Shown here: positions 17,488 through 27,218 of the stretch, in pieces
Numbering within the stretch: the first letter of the stretch is position 1
How the letters are laid out: every line of letters starts with the position of its first letter
Virus record (IMG/VR): IMGVR_UViG_3300032272_000026
Coordinates: 1 to 43,554 of that record
Strand: one strand, 5' to 3'
Length of the DNA: 43,554 bases
Source of the DNA: a virus
Taxonomy: Duplodnaviria; Caudoviricetes
The notes under the pieces: model-generated
What the model was told of the DNA's origin: nothing
The model's input: only the letters and a program-made list of their open reading frames with translations
Database searches by the model: none
Program-made: the position numbers and the translations under genes

Positions 17488-18966
17488 ATGCCGGTACAAA
17501 TTTTTCCAGCGCGAAAACCACCTGAGATACAGCAACCTGAACCCTCTTCTGGTTTTAATTTCGCTGATATTGTACAGCTGCTGACTTCAGGGAGAGGCCA
17601 AGATGCGGCGTTTAACCTACAGGAAGCAAATGCTAAAGTCCCCTTAAGTCCATCTACTCAAGGACCTTCCCCCTCAATAGCAAATCGAATAAGAGATGCT
17701 CTTAGAGGATTTAATGCAGCTGTACCGCAAAGCGGTGTTGAAGGTGAAGTTGGAATAAGTCAAGCTAGCGCACCTCCCGAGAATGCTTTGTCTCCAGGAC
17801 CTCCTGCGCCTGCTACGTCCCCTGCGGAAATATCTGAAATGGTCAGGCGCATTGTTGCAGATTCTACGCCGCCGCCAGCTTCTTTTGCTCAGGCCTTCGG
17901 GGAAAGGGGATATAATCTTCTCCAAAATATTGTGGATGCCTCTGGCATTAAAGAACTCGGGGAGTCTGTAAATACTATCAGCCAGGATTTAACGTCAGGA
18001 CCTTCGACACCTCCTCATTCCACTATTCAGCCTCCGTTAGCTGGTGTGCTTAATCAATCTCAGGTACCTGCACCGCAAGAAGCCTCGCTACCCATCAAGG
18101 CCCAACCAGCGCAAGTTGCTGGCGATCCTGCTTCAGGTACAATACCCATTAATTCAGGTGTAGTTCCTCCAGGACCTGATTTGCGGGAACTTATCATACA
18201 ACAGCTTTTACAAGGCACTCAATCTCCCCAAGAGATTCAAGCCCCTATAGCGACTTCTCCTGGATCGGCCCTGCCAGCACCTTCTGAAATTGCTGAACCT
18301 CCCGGCTTTTTAGAAGATCCTTTAGGGACGCTACACAGAGGAGCTACCGAGGCTTTTACTAATCCTGAGTGGCTTGCATTTATGCAAGGTCTTGGAGCGC
18401 CTGCAGAGAACACAGCGGAAGTATTTCAAAACACTTCCCAGAATATTCAGAATGTACGTGCACAGGCTCAAGCGGCTGATCAACTTGGACTAAAAAATCA
18501 GCAAATTCAAGATGAACTTGGCTTGGAAAGAGATCGGGTAGGCATTGCTCAAGGGAATCAGGATATTGCCAGAAAACAATCCCTTATAAGTATGCTGACG
18601 GCGTTAGCTCCGCAGACCCAAGCAGGCTCGAGAGGCCAACTTTTTCAGACTGATCCAACCTCAGGAGTTGTTAAAGTACTCAGGGAAGCGCAAGCACAAA
18701 ACCAAGCAAAAGGCAAAACTTTAAATCCAGGTGAAGGAATTTCCTCCGTTGCCAATCAAGAGCTAGCAAGGCAATTAAGCTCTGATGGCTATCAAACTTA
18801 CCTCAACATTCAACGAGCTGTACCTGGGAAAAATCTGGATCAATTAACGCAAACTTTATCTTTAGCAATTCCTGAAATGCGGAATGAGCAGGATATAGCA
18901 ATCTTGATGCAGATGCAAGATGCGGTTAGACAGCAGACAGCTCAATTTCTTCCTACAGGACGTTAA
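17488..18966 (+). CDS. Pro/Gln-rich putative ejection/internal virion protein
   Basis: GAGG RBS; 492 aa, largely disordered composition; synteny. Confidence 0.6.
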   Translation: MPVQIFPARKPPEIQQPEPSSGFNFADIVQLLTSGRGQDAAFNLQEANAKVPLSPSTQGPSPSIANRIRDALRGFNAAVPQSGVEGEVGISQASAPPENALSPGPPAPATSPAEISEMVRRIVADSTPPPASFAQAFGERGYNLLQNIVDASGIKELGESVNTISQDLTSGPSTPPHSTIQPPLAGVLNQSQVPAPQEASLPIKAQPAQVAGDPASGTIPINSGVVPPGPDLRELIIQQLLQGTQSPQEIQAPIATSPGSALPAPSEIAEPPGFLEDPLGTLHRGATEAFTNPEWLAFMQGLGAPAENTAEVFQNTSQNIQNVRAQAQAADQLGLKNQQIQDELGLERDRVGIAQGNQDIARKQSLISMLTALAPQTQAGSRGQLFQTDPTSGVVKVLREAQAQNQAKGKTLNPGEGISSVANQELARQLSSDGYQTYLNIQRAVPGKNLDQLTQTLSLAIPEMRNEQDIAILMQMQDAVRQQTAQFLPTGR

Positions 18967-18968
18967 TT

Positions 18969-21900
18969 ATGCCTTTGTTTGATGAATTTCAAAATCAAGT
19001 ATCTCAGGAGAAGTTTGATTTTTCTCCAGGGCTGCCTTCTTCAGGAATTCCCCTACAGTCTTCTAGCATGAACTGGGGTGAAGGTTTTGCTAATTCTCTC
19101 GGTAGTTCTTTTACCGAACTGGTAGGTGCAAAGGCTACCAAAGAAACACAAAGGTGGCGTGATGAAAATCCAATGGGGTCGATTGCTAGCCAAGTTATGG
19201 GTTACGCCGTTCCTGGCACTGCTTATCTTAAGGGTCTCAAAGCGTTGGGGAGGGCGAAGAACCTGGGCGCTATTGCTAAAGGCGCACAGAAATTATCCCG
19301 ACCTGTGGCGAAGGGGGATCTAGCAACAAAACCGTTTGCGGCTACTATGGGGCGTGAAATAGTTCGTTGGGCTCCGTTCGAACTCGCCCGTCCTGTTATT
19401 GGTTCTGTCCTGGGAGAAGCTTTGGCGGAAGAAAAGGGAACCTCATATGAGGGAACCCCGACGATGATGATGAAAGCTGGATTTGATTTAGCTCTGGGCG
19501 GGCTTATTACAGGCACCTTTGCCAAAGTAAAAAGTGCAGGGGAACTTCAGGTTTCTCCTTCCTCGCGTCCAGGGGCGAATTTGAACGCCCCTAAGCAGAT
19601 TCAGATCCGGGACATGCTGGAAGCAAGGAAAGCTGGACAAGTAACTGAGGAGGGATTGAAGCAACAGAGGGCCGCTATTAACAACCTCGAAGTTGATATT
19701 ATGAATGAGATGCCTCCCAAAGGGAGGGCTGTTCATGGTTTGAGAAATGAAACCGCCGATGTTGCTAGAAAGCGCGGATCGGCGACGAAAAAGCTCAATG
19801 CCCATTTTCAAAATATCACTCACGGTAAACTTGGTCCTGGAGGTGAGATCAGGGAAAGAACTAAAACAATTGTTCGGAAATTATTGTCCCATAATACGTC
19901 TTCAGGGTTTGCAACTAAAAAAGCTCGGGATAACTATTTAGCTAAAGCAGGTTTGGAACCTGACTGGCAACAGTTTATGCAGTATCCTCGACGAATTACC
20001 TTTCCAAAAATTAAAGATAATTCTGAATTTGGAAGGTGGAATAAGCTCTTAAGAGAGAACTTTGAGCAAGTTGATACTGACCGAGGTATTCATCTCACTA
20101 GAGATTCTAAGGATGGGCTTTTTGTAATTGCCAAACAAGTTGATGCACATGATTTTATGCTCTTTAAAACTGACAGGCCTGATGTATTTGCAGCCTCGAG
20201 GAATGAATGGACGACAGAACAAATAAAAAAAGCAGCTTGGTTGGCTGATAAACCTATGCAAAAAACAGGCGTCAAAGCAGTTGATGAGGCACTATCTTTA
20301 TCTAATCTTCCCGCATTTGATTTCTCCGGAATTAAACGGACGACCAAAGGAGCCGCTCAAAGGGCAGCTCAAGCTATGGCCCAGCGGATTCCTGGCGTTT
20401 CAGATTCGGAGTTACGTCGTCGAACCGCTTTAATGTTTAATAAATATGTTTCCCCTGCAATGTTTCAATTTCGCGATAATCCTATTGCGGCGAGAATTTT
20501 TGCATCGGCCCGCTCCGCTCAGGATCTTGGTCAGGCACAAGCGCTGGAACGTTTTTTTGGTCGTCGAGTTCCTGGACAATCCAGGTCTGTTTGGAAACAG
20601 ATTTTTGCTTCGGAAAGCACTCAAGGAAATAAAGCCCCAGATGACTTAATCAACGCGCTTTATAAAGGTTCGCTCGATGGTAATCCCACGGAGGAAGTTG
20701 CTGCTTTTTGGAGGACAGTCAATGCAGAAGCCTCCGTTCAGGAAGGTGTTGAGAAGTATGGCCTAGGTGAAAATGGAGCTGCTTTGCTGAAAAAGTTAGA
20801 TGAAATTGACGGTTTGAATAGAAAAGATGTCTCGATGGTTGAGGATGCTATTGGAGAGTCCGGCAAAACTAAGTTTCTTGAGAACCATTATGGGATTAAT
20901 CACACTTGGGAAGGGGAAATTCGAGTACCCATTTTTGAAGGTGCCGGGGATAGAACAAGACTGGTCGGGGTTATTGGTGGGAATAATAACGCTGCAGCAA
21001 TTCAGGCTGCTAAAGATTTTCAAGCTGAGGCTCTTGTAAGGGCACAAGAAAGTGGAAACAAAATCTTAATCGATGCGACTGGAAGCTGGAGAATTGGTAA
21101 GGCAACTGCTGGCGATTTCAAGACTGACTCAGCTTTAAGAAAACTCCTTCCTAAAAAAGGCTCCAGGAACGAAATTTTTGATCAGATTAAGAATGAAAAA
21201 ATCTCTTCTCAAGTTCATGGGCCGAAAACCCTAACAAGAGAACGGCATCAGATCCCTGGCTTTAAAGAAATTATGAGTGCGAAGGAACTAAAAAATACTC
21301 TGCTTAAAAACTATCAAAGCACGCAGGGATATGTTGCTGATAAAGGTGTGATGAAGGTTTTTGAGCGCGATATAGAAGCACTAGGAGATTCTAACTATGG
21401 AAACATAGAGGTTGCCCGTCAATTGCAAGATCGTTTAGGGCAACTTAGAGGGGAAAAAGGTGAGATTGATAAAGCCCTCAATAAAGCTGCCGATACAGTA
21501 TTCTCACCCATCTTAGGAGCAAATAGCGCGAGCAAAATTGTAGCTGCCACAAATGGAGCTATTCATATGTTGACCCTGGGGTTTTTCAATGCCTCATATG
21601 CAGCTGCTAATGCACTTACGTTTATCCAAAATGCCATTCCGCACATTGCCTATATTACCCATGCAGCACCTGAAGATGTTTCAAAATACTATAACTGGCA
21701 TCCTGTTATGGATACTGCAGGTAAAGTTAACGGTGTTGGGGCACTTTCAATGATGAAGCTGGTGGGGAAAAGTTTTAGGGAGATGGGCAAACCAGATGCA
21801 CATTTGATGGCGCAATTCGAACGCGCAGGGGCTGAAGGTGTTTGGGACCCTAAGTTTATTGAAGAATTTGTAGGTGAAAATGCTTCGAAATTGTCCAATA

Positions 21901-23069
21901 TGAGGGCAACCCTGAAGCAAGAAGGTGGTTGGCCGGACTTTATCAAAGCTGTGGGTCAATTCTTGCCTTCGGCGAGTGAGAAGTTTTCACGCGGACATAG
22001 TTTTGTTCTCGGCCATATTGTAGGGCGAGACATTTTTAAATTCAAACCAGGAAGTGAGCAGCTGTACCGCTTTGCAAGGGAGTTTACCGAGAAGACCCAG
22101 TTTAATTATTCCGCAGCAGATCGAGCTCGGGTTATGACAGGTCCTGCGGGTTCAGCCTTCGGGTTGTTTAAAAACTGGGCTATGCACTATATGGGCTGGA
22201 TGGCAGAATACGCTGGGCAAGCTCAAAAGGGTAACTGGCGTCCTCTCATGTGGCAGACAGGTGGAACAGCTGCAATGGGCGGTGCAGGTGGCTTACCCTT
22301 TATCGAGTGGGCAGGTGAAAACACCGCGCAGTGGTTAGGGGATGATTCGCTCCAGAATGTTATTTATGATAGATTTGATGGAGGTCCAGATGGCTCAGCC
22401 TTGGCTGATACGGTTTATTATGGGCTGCCTTCAATGCTTGGTTTTTCCCTGCAAAATCAAATGGCCTCACCTTTCGCTGACCCTGGGGAAGATGCTGCAA
22501 GGTTGTTTGGTTTTGTCTATTGGGATAGGATGAAAGCCGCTGGAAGACTTGTCGGGGATGTAACAAATACCCTTGATGTGACTGGTCGAAATCCCATCAC
22601 AGATCGGAGCACTGTTGACGCACTTACCAAAGCGTTCGCCCCTAAGTTTATGCACCGAGCTAATATGGCTATAGGGAATGATTACATTCGAGGGTTTTCT
22701 TCAGGCAAGCCTATGGTTCAAGATGTCTCGTTGGCGAGGCGGGCTGCATATATTGTGGGATTGAATCCGCTCCAGGTTGAGCGCGCTATGGATGTTGGGA
22801 ATAAGCTATGGAAAGATGAGAAAGCTCGGAAAGAAGCTATCTCAGCTTTTGGACAACGATGGGCGGCAGCTGTGATGGAGGGGGACTGGTCAACTGCACA
22901 GCAAATCCTGGCTACAGCAGCTGTTCAGGGCACCCCTGACATTTCAAGTGTGGTGCGGAGTGGAAAAAGCCACATTGCCCGCTTCCAGGGAGACAATGTG
23001 GCTGATAAATTTTCACCTGAAGCAATCATGGAAGCTAGGCAAAGGGGCTTGCTTGGGCGGAAGGATTAG
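18969..23069 (+). CDS. Large internal virion/ejection protein
   Basis: 1366 aa helical protein closing the late operon; TQFNYS...G...GLFK.W motif typical of podoviral large ejection proteins. Confidence 0.7.
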   Translation: MPLFDEFQNQVSQEKFDFSPGLPSSGIPLQSSSMNWGEGFANSLGSSFTELVGAKATKETQRWRDENPMGSIASQVMGYAVPGTAYLKGLKALGRAKNLGAIAKGAQKLSRPVAKGDLATKPFAATMGREIVRWAPFELARPVIGSVLGEALAEEKGTSYEGTPTMMMKAGFDLALGGLITGTFAKVKSAGELQVSPSSRPGANLNAPKQIQIRDMLEARKAGQVTEEGLKQQRAAINNLEVDIMNEMPPKGRAVHGLRNETADVARKRGSATKKLNAHFQNITHGKLGPGGEIRERTKTIVRKLLSHNTSSGFATKKARDNYLAKAGLEPDWQQFMQYPRRITFPKIKDNSEFGRWNKLLRENFEQVDTDRGIHLTRDSKDGLFVIAKQVDAHDFMLFKTDRPDVFAASRNEWTTEQIKKAAWLADKPMQKTGVKAVDEALSLSNLPAFDFSGIKRTTKGAAQRAAQAMAQRIPGVSDSELRRRTALMFNKYVSPAMFQFRDNPIAARIFASARSAQDLGQAQALERFFGRRVPGQSRSVWKQIFASESTQGNKAPDDLINALYKGSLDGNPTEEVAAFWRTVNAEASVQEGVEKYGLGENGAALLKKLDEIDGLNRKDVSMVEDAIGESGKTKFLENHYGINHTWEGEIRVPIFEGAGDRTRLVGVIGGNNNAAAIQAAKDFQAEALVRAQESGNKILIDATGSWRIGKATAGDFKTDSALRKLLPKKGSRNEIFDQIKNEKISSQVHGPKTLTRERHQIPGFKEIMSAKELKNTLLKNYQSTQGYVADKGVMKVFERDIEALGDSNYGNIEVARQLQDRLGQLRGEKGEIDKALNKAADTVFSPILGANSASKIVAATNGAIHMLTLGFFNASYAAANALTFIQNAIPHIAYITHAAPEDVSKYYNWHPVMDTAGKVNGVGALSMMKLVGKSFREMGKPDAHLMAQFERAGAEGVWDPKFIEEFVGENASKLSNMRATLKQEGGWPDFIKAVGQFLPSASEKFSRGHSFVLGHIVGRDIFKFKPGSEQLYRFAREFTEKTQFNYSAADRARVMTGPAGSAFGLFKNWAMHYMGWMAEYAGQAQKGNWRPLMWQTGGTAAMGGAGGLPFIEWAGENTAQWLGDDSLQNVIYDRFDGGPDGSALADTVYYGLPSMLGFSLQNQMASPFADPGEDAARLFGFVYWDRMKAAGRLVGDVTNTLDVTGRNPITDRSTVDALTKAFAPKFMHRANMAIGNDYIRGFSSGKPMVQDVSLARRAAYIVGLNPLQVERAMDVGNKLWKDEKARKEAISAFGQRWAAAVMEGDWSTAQQILATAAVQGTPDISSVVRSGKSHIARFQGDNVADKFSPEAIMEARQRGLLGRKD

Positions 23070-23505
23070 ACAGAGGTTTGCTGTTCGATTCAACAGCCTC
23101 GACAATACACAGCGCCATGGCTCGGTGGAGGGATTTGTGAGTACCGCTGACCCCCATCCAAGCTTTAGGCGGTATTGATCTAGCCCACGGTTTCCAAACA
23201 GGCGTAACTTTCCCATGAAGATCAATCGACCCTTGCATTATGTGTAAGATATCCCCCCACTCCCAACCTTCAGGTAGTGCGTCCCATAGCTCCGGGATTG
23301 GGTGTTTGGAGGTGAGTAGGGGGAGGATTGTCCCTTGCGAATCTTGGTTGGCGTGCCATGAAAAGTAGACAATCTTTCCAGCAAGATTTTGAGTAGGAGG
23401 AATAGTGCATCGAGCCTTTTTAGGAGCCAACCCCAGATGGATCATAAAAGCCAGATCAGCTTCTGGCCCCTCTCCTGTGTAGATGATTTCTTTGATGTTT
23501 TTCAC
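23035..23505 (-). CDS. Hypothetical protein (possible phage ABA-sandwich-like domain)
   Basis: GTGA overlap with upstream gene; C-terminal RAMALCIVEAV helix; overlaps the convergent late gene by 35 bp. Confidence 0.6.
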   Translation of the reverse strand: MKNIKEIIYTGEGPEADLAFMIHLGLAPKKARCTIPPTQNLAGKIVYFSWHANQDSQGTILPLLTSKHPIPELWDALPEGWEWGDILHIMQGSIDLHGKVTPVWKPWARSIPPKAWMGVSGTHKSLHRAMALCIVEAVESNSKPLSNPSAQASPFA

Positions 23506-23849
23506 AACCCTTCTCCTTCCTCAAAGTCTAGGTCGATTTTGATGCAGGCAATCCTGTCTATAAAGTAAGGTGGTTCGTTGGCCTCCTTTTTCGTGAGGTA
23601 GGCGCGACAATGTAGTGAATCTCTATCGATGTTTAGCCACACCGAACGCTTAATACGAGGCTTGACTTCGATGAGGTTGTTATTGCTCGAAAACCAATGT
23701 TCCCCCTCTAGGGTCCATCGATCCAACTGGTCTGCGTCTCCGATGTACCCAATAACAGGGCAGCGCGCATCTCTCCCTGCAATCGACAAGATTACAACCT
23801 CTTGCTTATCTTTGGTGTGGTATGTCTTTTCCATATTGATCTTAGTCAT
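23502..23849 (-). CDS. Hypothetical phage protein
   Basis: AAGGA RBS inside the 33-bp repeat; PVIG, W...G and RIACIKI motifs. Confidence 0.75.
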   Translation of the reverse strand: MTKINMEKTYHTKDKQEVVILSIAGRDARCPVIGYIGDADQLDRWTLEGEHWFSSNNNLIEVKPRIKRSVWLNIDRDSLHCRAYLTKKEANEPPYFIDRIACIKIDLDFEEGEGL

Positions 23850-23879
23850 TTTTATTTTTCCTTTAAATATTAGCTTCGT
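23847..23879. repeat. 33-bp direct repeat, copy 1
   Basis: catttttatttttcctttaaatattagcttcgt, identical to 24197-24229. Confidence 0.95.
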
Positions 23880-24199
23880 CAGAATATGGCAAGTGTATCT
23901 CTGGTATCAATCTTAAATTGAGATAGGGTAACTTGCTCACCAGTTTGCTTAAAGATAACTATTACAGTAAAAAAGCCTTTAGGTAAAGTTACACTTTTAG
24001 AACTGCCTTTTGCTATTTTTAATATATACGAGGCATCCAGTTCTAATGTTATTCTACCCAAATCGATTGCTTGAGACCAATCTAAATCAGTTCCACAAAC
24101 AAGCCCCTCTTTACTTGGAACAACATAACAGTTTATTTCTACTCCAGCAATAAACTGTTGAAGACCTTTCATTATTGTGACAGATTTTGCAAGTAACAT
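23879..24199 (-). CDS. AT-rich hypothetical protein flanked by 33-bp direct repeats
   Basis: ATG 24199 with AAGGA RBS (MLLAKSVT...LAIF). Confidence 0.7.
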   Translation of the reverse strand: MLLAKSVTIMKGLQQFIAGVEINCYVVPSKEGLVCGTDLDWSQAIDLGRITLELDASYILKIAKGSSKSVTLPKGFFTVIVIFKQTGEQVTLSQFKIDTRDTLAIF

Positions 24200-24229
24200 T
24201 TTTATTTTTCCTTTAAATATTAGCTTCGT
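24197..24229. repeat. 33-bp direct repeat, copy 2
   Basis: Identical to 23847-23879; encodes the end of the DUF3987-like gene plus RBS and ATG. Confidence 0.95.
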
Positions 24230-25490
24230 GATAGTGTTTGACTCGAGGGATATATCTACGAAAGCCTGGTGTTTGAGATCCTGTGGGATCAACCGAAATC
24301 CAGCCCGCACCTACCATACTATCGACTAAGTGCGGGATTTTATTCGAGGCTGTTTTGTTGATAAAGTAGTTCTTCAAAAGCTGCTCAGTTATAGGCTTCT
24401 TTTTATCTCTCGTATATTTTAAGATTAAAAACTCCATAGCCCCATCTTGCAGCACACCATCTGGAGATGACGACATTTCCTTGAAGATTTCTGGCATCAT
24501 ATCTTCAGTAGCCAGAAGCATATGCTTTGCTTGCTCGTAGTCGTCCAGGGTGATTATCATCTCTGTTGAACGAGCTGCCGAAAAAACCATGGCTAGTTTG
24601 ATAACGTGGATTGTTCTCCTGGGGTTATAATTTTGAAGCCTAGCGTTTGTTGGTACAGGTGGATTGCCTGATAAGTGCCAATTGTCCACGGCACGAACAG
24701 CCTCATCTTCCCAGGTAAATTCTCCATATAAAGCTAGGAGTTCTTGTAGGCGATCATGGATTTCTTTCTTAAGCGGTAGGTTTTTCTGTGCTGAGGAAAA
24801 AAGAGATATAGTAACCCGAGCACCTCCATAAACCATGATGATGCGTGAGGTTAGGCCCATGCCATACGCAGCTTCAGGAAGTAACTCAGCAAGGTATTTC
24901 GGCTGAGTGCCGCCGATTAAATTCAATCCTGGTTTGCGTACAACCTCCATCCCACCGCCGCGAGTTCGTCCTTCGTATGATTCCCTACAATCGTAGAGAT
25001 CATTCAAAGTATTGATAAATTCAAAGTCGTGTGAAGCTATAAGTGTGCCTAACTCAGGGGCGGCTAAGTTGGCAAAGTTTATCTCAATACGCTTGCCTGG
25101 AGTCTCGATAGTTTTCGGAAATTCCATAAGTTGATCGATGAACGCCGCCTTGGTCAATGCCTGAGGGGCTGTATTTAGCCCTGGGTTGCCTGGTTTATCC
25201 TCAAGCTTGCGCCAAAAGCGGTCAATTTCATTAATAGCCATGGACTTACCCACTCCAGGGTTGCCCACCAGAAAAATAAACATGTTTGGGTATAGACGAG
25301 AATTGGTAATTTCTACCCAAGTTCGGCGCTCAAGCACTCCAGCGATCATCGATACTGCGGCCCACTCCCTGAAAATTTTAGGTGAGGGAATGCCGTCTGT
25401 GTACTCGAGAAACTTCCCGATCAAGCAACCCGGTCGGCGGGAATTCAGTGCGGTTTCTTCTGTCAAAGCCGTTATATTCGATGAGCCCAT
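24213..25490 (-). CDS. DUF3987-like P-loop ATPase (putative replicative helicase)
   Basis: LYPNMFIFLVGNPGVGKS Walker A; L.DLYD, GGTQP and GLTSRII motifs; start uncertain, overlaps the polymerase 3' end. Confidence 0.75.
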   Translation of the reverse strand: MGSSNITALTEETALNSRRPGCLIGKFLEYTDGIPSPKIFREWAAVSMIAGVLERRTWVEITNSRLYPNMFIFLVGNPGVGKSMAINEIDRFWRKLEDKPGNPGLNTAPQALTKAAFIDQLMEFPKTIETPGKRIEINFANLAAPELGTLIASHDFEFINTLNDLYDCRESYEGRTRGGGMEVVRKPGLNLIGGTQPKYLAELLPEAAYGMGLTSRIIMVYGGARVTISLFSSAQKNLPLKKEIHDRLQELLALYGEFTWEDEAVRAVDNWHLSGNPPVPTNARLQNYNPRRTIHVIKLAMVFSAARSTEMIITLDDYEQAKHMLLATEDMMPEIFKEMSSSPDGVLQDGAMEFLILKYTRDKKKPITEQLLKNYFINKTASNKIPHLVDSMVGAGWISVDPTGSQTPGFRRYIPRVKHYHEANI

Positions 25491-26958
25491 CAGGATTGTC
25501 TCCGGGTTCTTTTTTGTTTAGTTTAGCCCAAGTCCAGCCTACTTCTACTGAATTTGGTATTTGAAAGTCTCGAACCTCAGAAGTAATTTCGCTTCTTACT
25601 GGTATACTGAGTGTCTTAAAAAGATCAAGAAGTGTTTGGAGAATTTCAGCCTCATGAGATTCTTGATATTGAATAACAATAGCATCATGTACTTGACCCA
25701 AAAGTTGAAAGGCAGGTAAAGAATTGATTGTATAATCAGGTTCAAGCTTCCACGCCATGTGCAATTGTGTGTTTAAATAATCAGCAACAAGTGATTGCGG
25801 ATTATGCGCAATGGCTTCTCGTAAAGTGGTATCGTCTCCTGGGCGACCAAAGAAATGGCGCTTTCTTGAAAAAGGTGTAATGAGAGATCGCTCAGTCTGA
25901 AGCTTGAAAGCAACGTTTTGATGCCATAGGGGAATTTCTGGAAAAGCTTCAAAATAAGCACGTTGGAAATTTTCCATTACCCTAGAAGACACTTTAAGTA
26001 TATTGGCCATTGAAGAGGGAAGGCCATAATAATTAGTGCCATGACCACCTCGTTTTGCCATGTCTCGGTACGAAAACTGTCTGTAATAAAGCGCCCCAGC
26101 TAACTTTTTATCTTTAAAAATATCTCCAGTCCATGGTAAATCTTGTTGCCACACCATACGACAAACTGTTGTATGCAAGTCTTCAGATTCACAAGCATCA
26201 AGATAATTGCTAAGATTTGAAATTGCCCAGGCCAAAATACCCACACCACGAGACTCAGCTTGTTCAAGATCGATGTAAGCCAGTTTATACCCCGCGTCAG
26301 CGCAAAATATTCGCTTAACATCATTGGTAAGATTTTGATAGTTTGCCCCTCGGTCGAAAATATTTTTGCTGGAAGACCACCGCCCAGTTTCTGTTCCGCA
26401 TACATTGAAACCAAACCGCATTCGCCTGTCTTCATCTACACCATATTTTAACGCCCCTAAAAGTTTGGTAAGATCTCGAAGCTTTAGAATGCAGTTAATA
26501 AACGGGCGGGCATGTAGATAGATTGATAATTTTTCTAAAGCTTCTCTGTTTGTAGTTTTTACTTTTTTACCTTTTTCAAATTTAAATTCTTCAGGGAGTC
26601 CGAGGAAAGTGTAGAAAAAAGCAATAAGCTGCTTTGGTGAATTTGGGTTGAGAAGAGTTCCCGAACAACCTATGGATAGTTTGTTTAATACATATTGAAC
26701 TTTTTTCTGCTTGGCCTCAAGCTCATAAATAAGCTCATTTTTGATATTATCATTGATACGCATTCCGCGTAACATCATCTCAAGCGCAGGGGCAGAAACT
26801 GACTGAACAAATTGGTAAGTTTTAAGAGCTTCCGGGGTGAGGCTTTCTCGAAGTCCGTCGAAAACTTCACATGTGATGGCAGTATCTAAGCCATTATAAA
26901 CATAAAGGGTTTCTGCTTTGTTAAGCTCGGGAAGAGCTTCGGTGTGGAATATTTTCAT
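25378..26958 (-). CDS. polA: Family A DNA polymerase, polymerase half (begins with the ExoIII motif)
   Basis: TETGRWSS, motif A DLEQAESR, motif B RDMAKRGGHGTNYY, motif C QVHDAI; YNGLD near the N-terminus; TAATG-coupled start 26958. Confidence 0.92.
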   Translation of the reverse strand: MKIFHTEALPELNKAETLYVYNGLDTAITCEVFDGLRESLTPEALKTYQFVQSVSAPALEMMLRGMRINDNIKNELIYELEAKQKKVQYVLNKLSIGCSGTLLNPNSPKQLIAFFYTFLGLPEEFKFEKGKKVKTTNREALEKLSIYLHARPFINCILKLRDLTKLLGALKYGVDEDRRMRFGFNVCGTETGRWSSSKNIFDRGANYQNLTNDVKRIFCADAGYKLAYIDLEQAESRGVGILAWAISNLSNYLDACESEDLHTTVCRMVWQQDLPWTGDIFKDKKLAGALYYRQFSYRDMAKRGGHGTNYYGLPSSMANILKVSSRVMENFQRAYFEAFPEIPLWHQNVAFKLQTERSLITPFSRKRHFFGRPGDDTTLREAIAHNPQSLVADYLNTQLHMAWKLEPDYTINSLPAFQLLGQVHDAIVIQYQESHEAEILQTLLDLFKTLSIPVRSEITSEVRDFQIPNSVEVGWTWAKLNKKEPGDNPDGLIEYNGFDRRNRTEFPPTGLLDREVSRVHRRHSLT

Positions 26959-27218
26959 TAGCGTAAACCTCGAAAGGGTACAAAAGCTTTTTCTCTCCAA
27001 CCATTAAATACGTCCCAATCTCGCATGGTATTTTCTTTCTTGACAAACATTATAGAATGAAACTCTACCTTGTTAATTTTTATTGCTGAGTAGGCATTGA
27101 AAGGGTTGGTCGGACAACGAGCCTTAATTGCATCAAATTTAACCCAACAAGGTTTAGATGCTCTTGCAGGCCATTTTCGCCAACAACCGCCCTCATGTGT
27201 TGTATAGAATATTTTCAC
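26958..27218 (-). CDS. Small basic hypothetical protein (paralog B) between the polymerase halves
   Basis: Likely GTG start 27218 (GTGA overlap, GGAG RBS); G.W..WP...KP, IN, W....GW. Confidence 0.65.
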   Translation of the reverse strand: MKIFYTTHEGGCWRKWPARASKPCWVKFDAIKARCPTNPFNAYSAIKINKVEFHSIMFVKKENTMRDWDVFNGWREKAFVPFRGLR

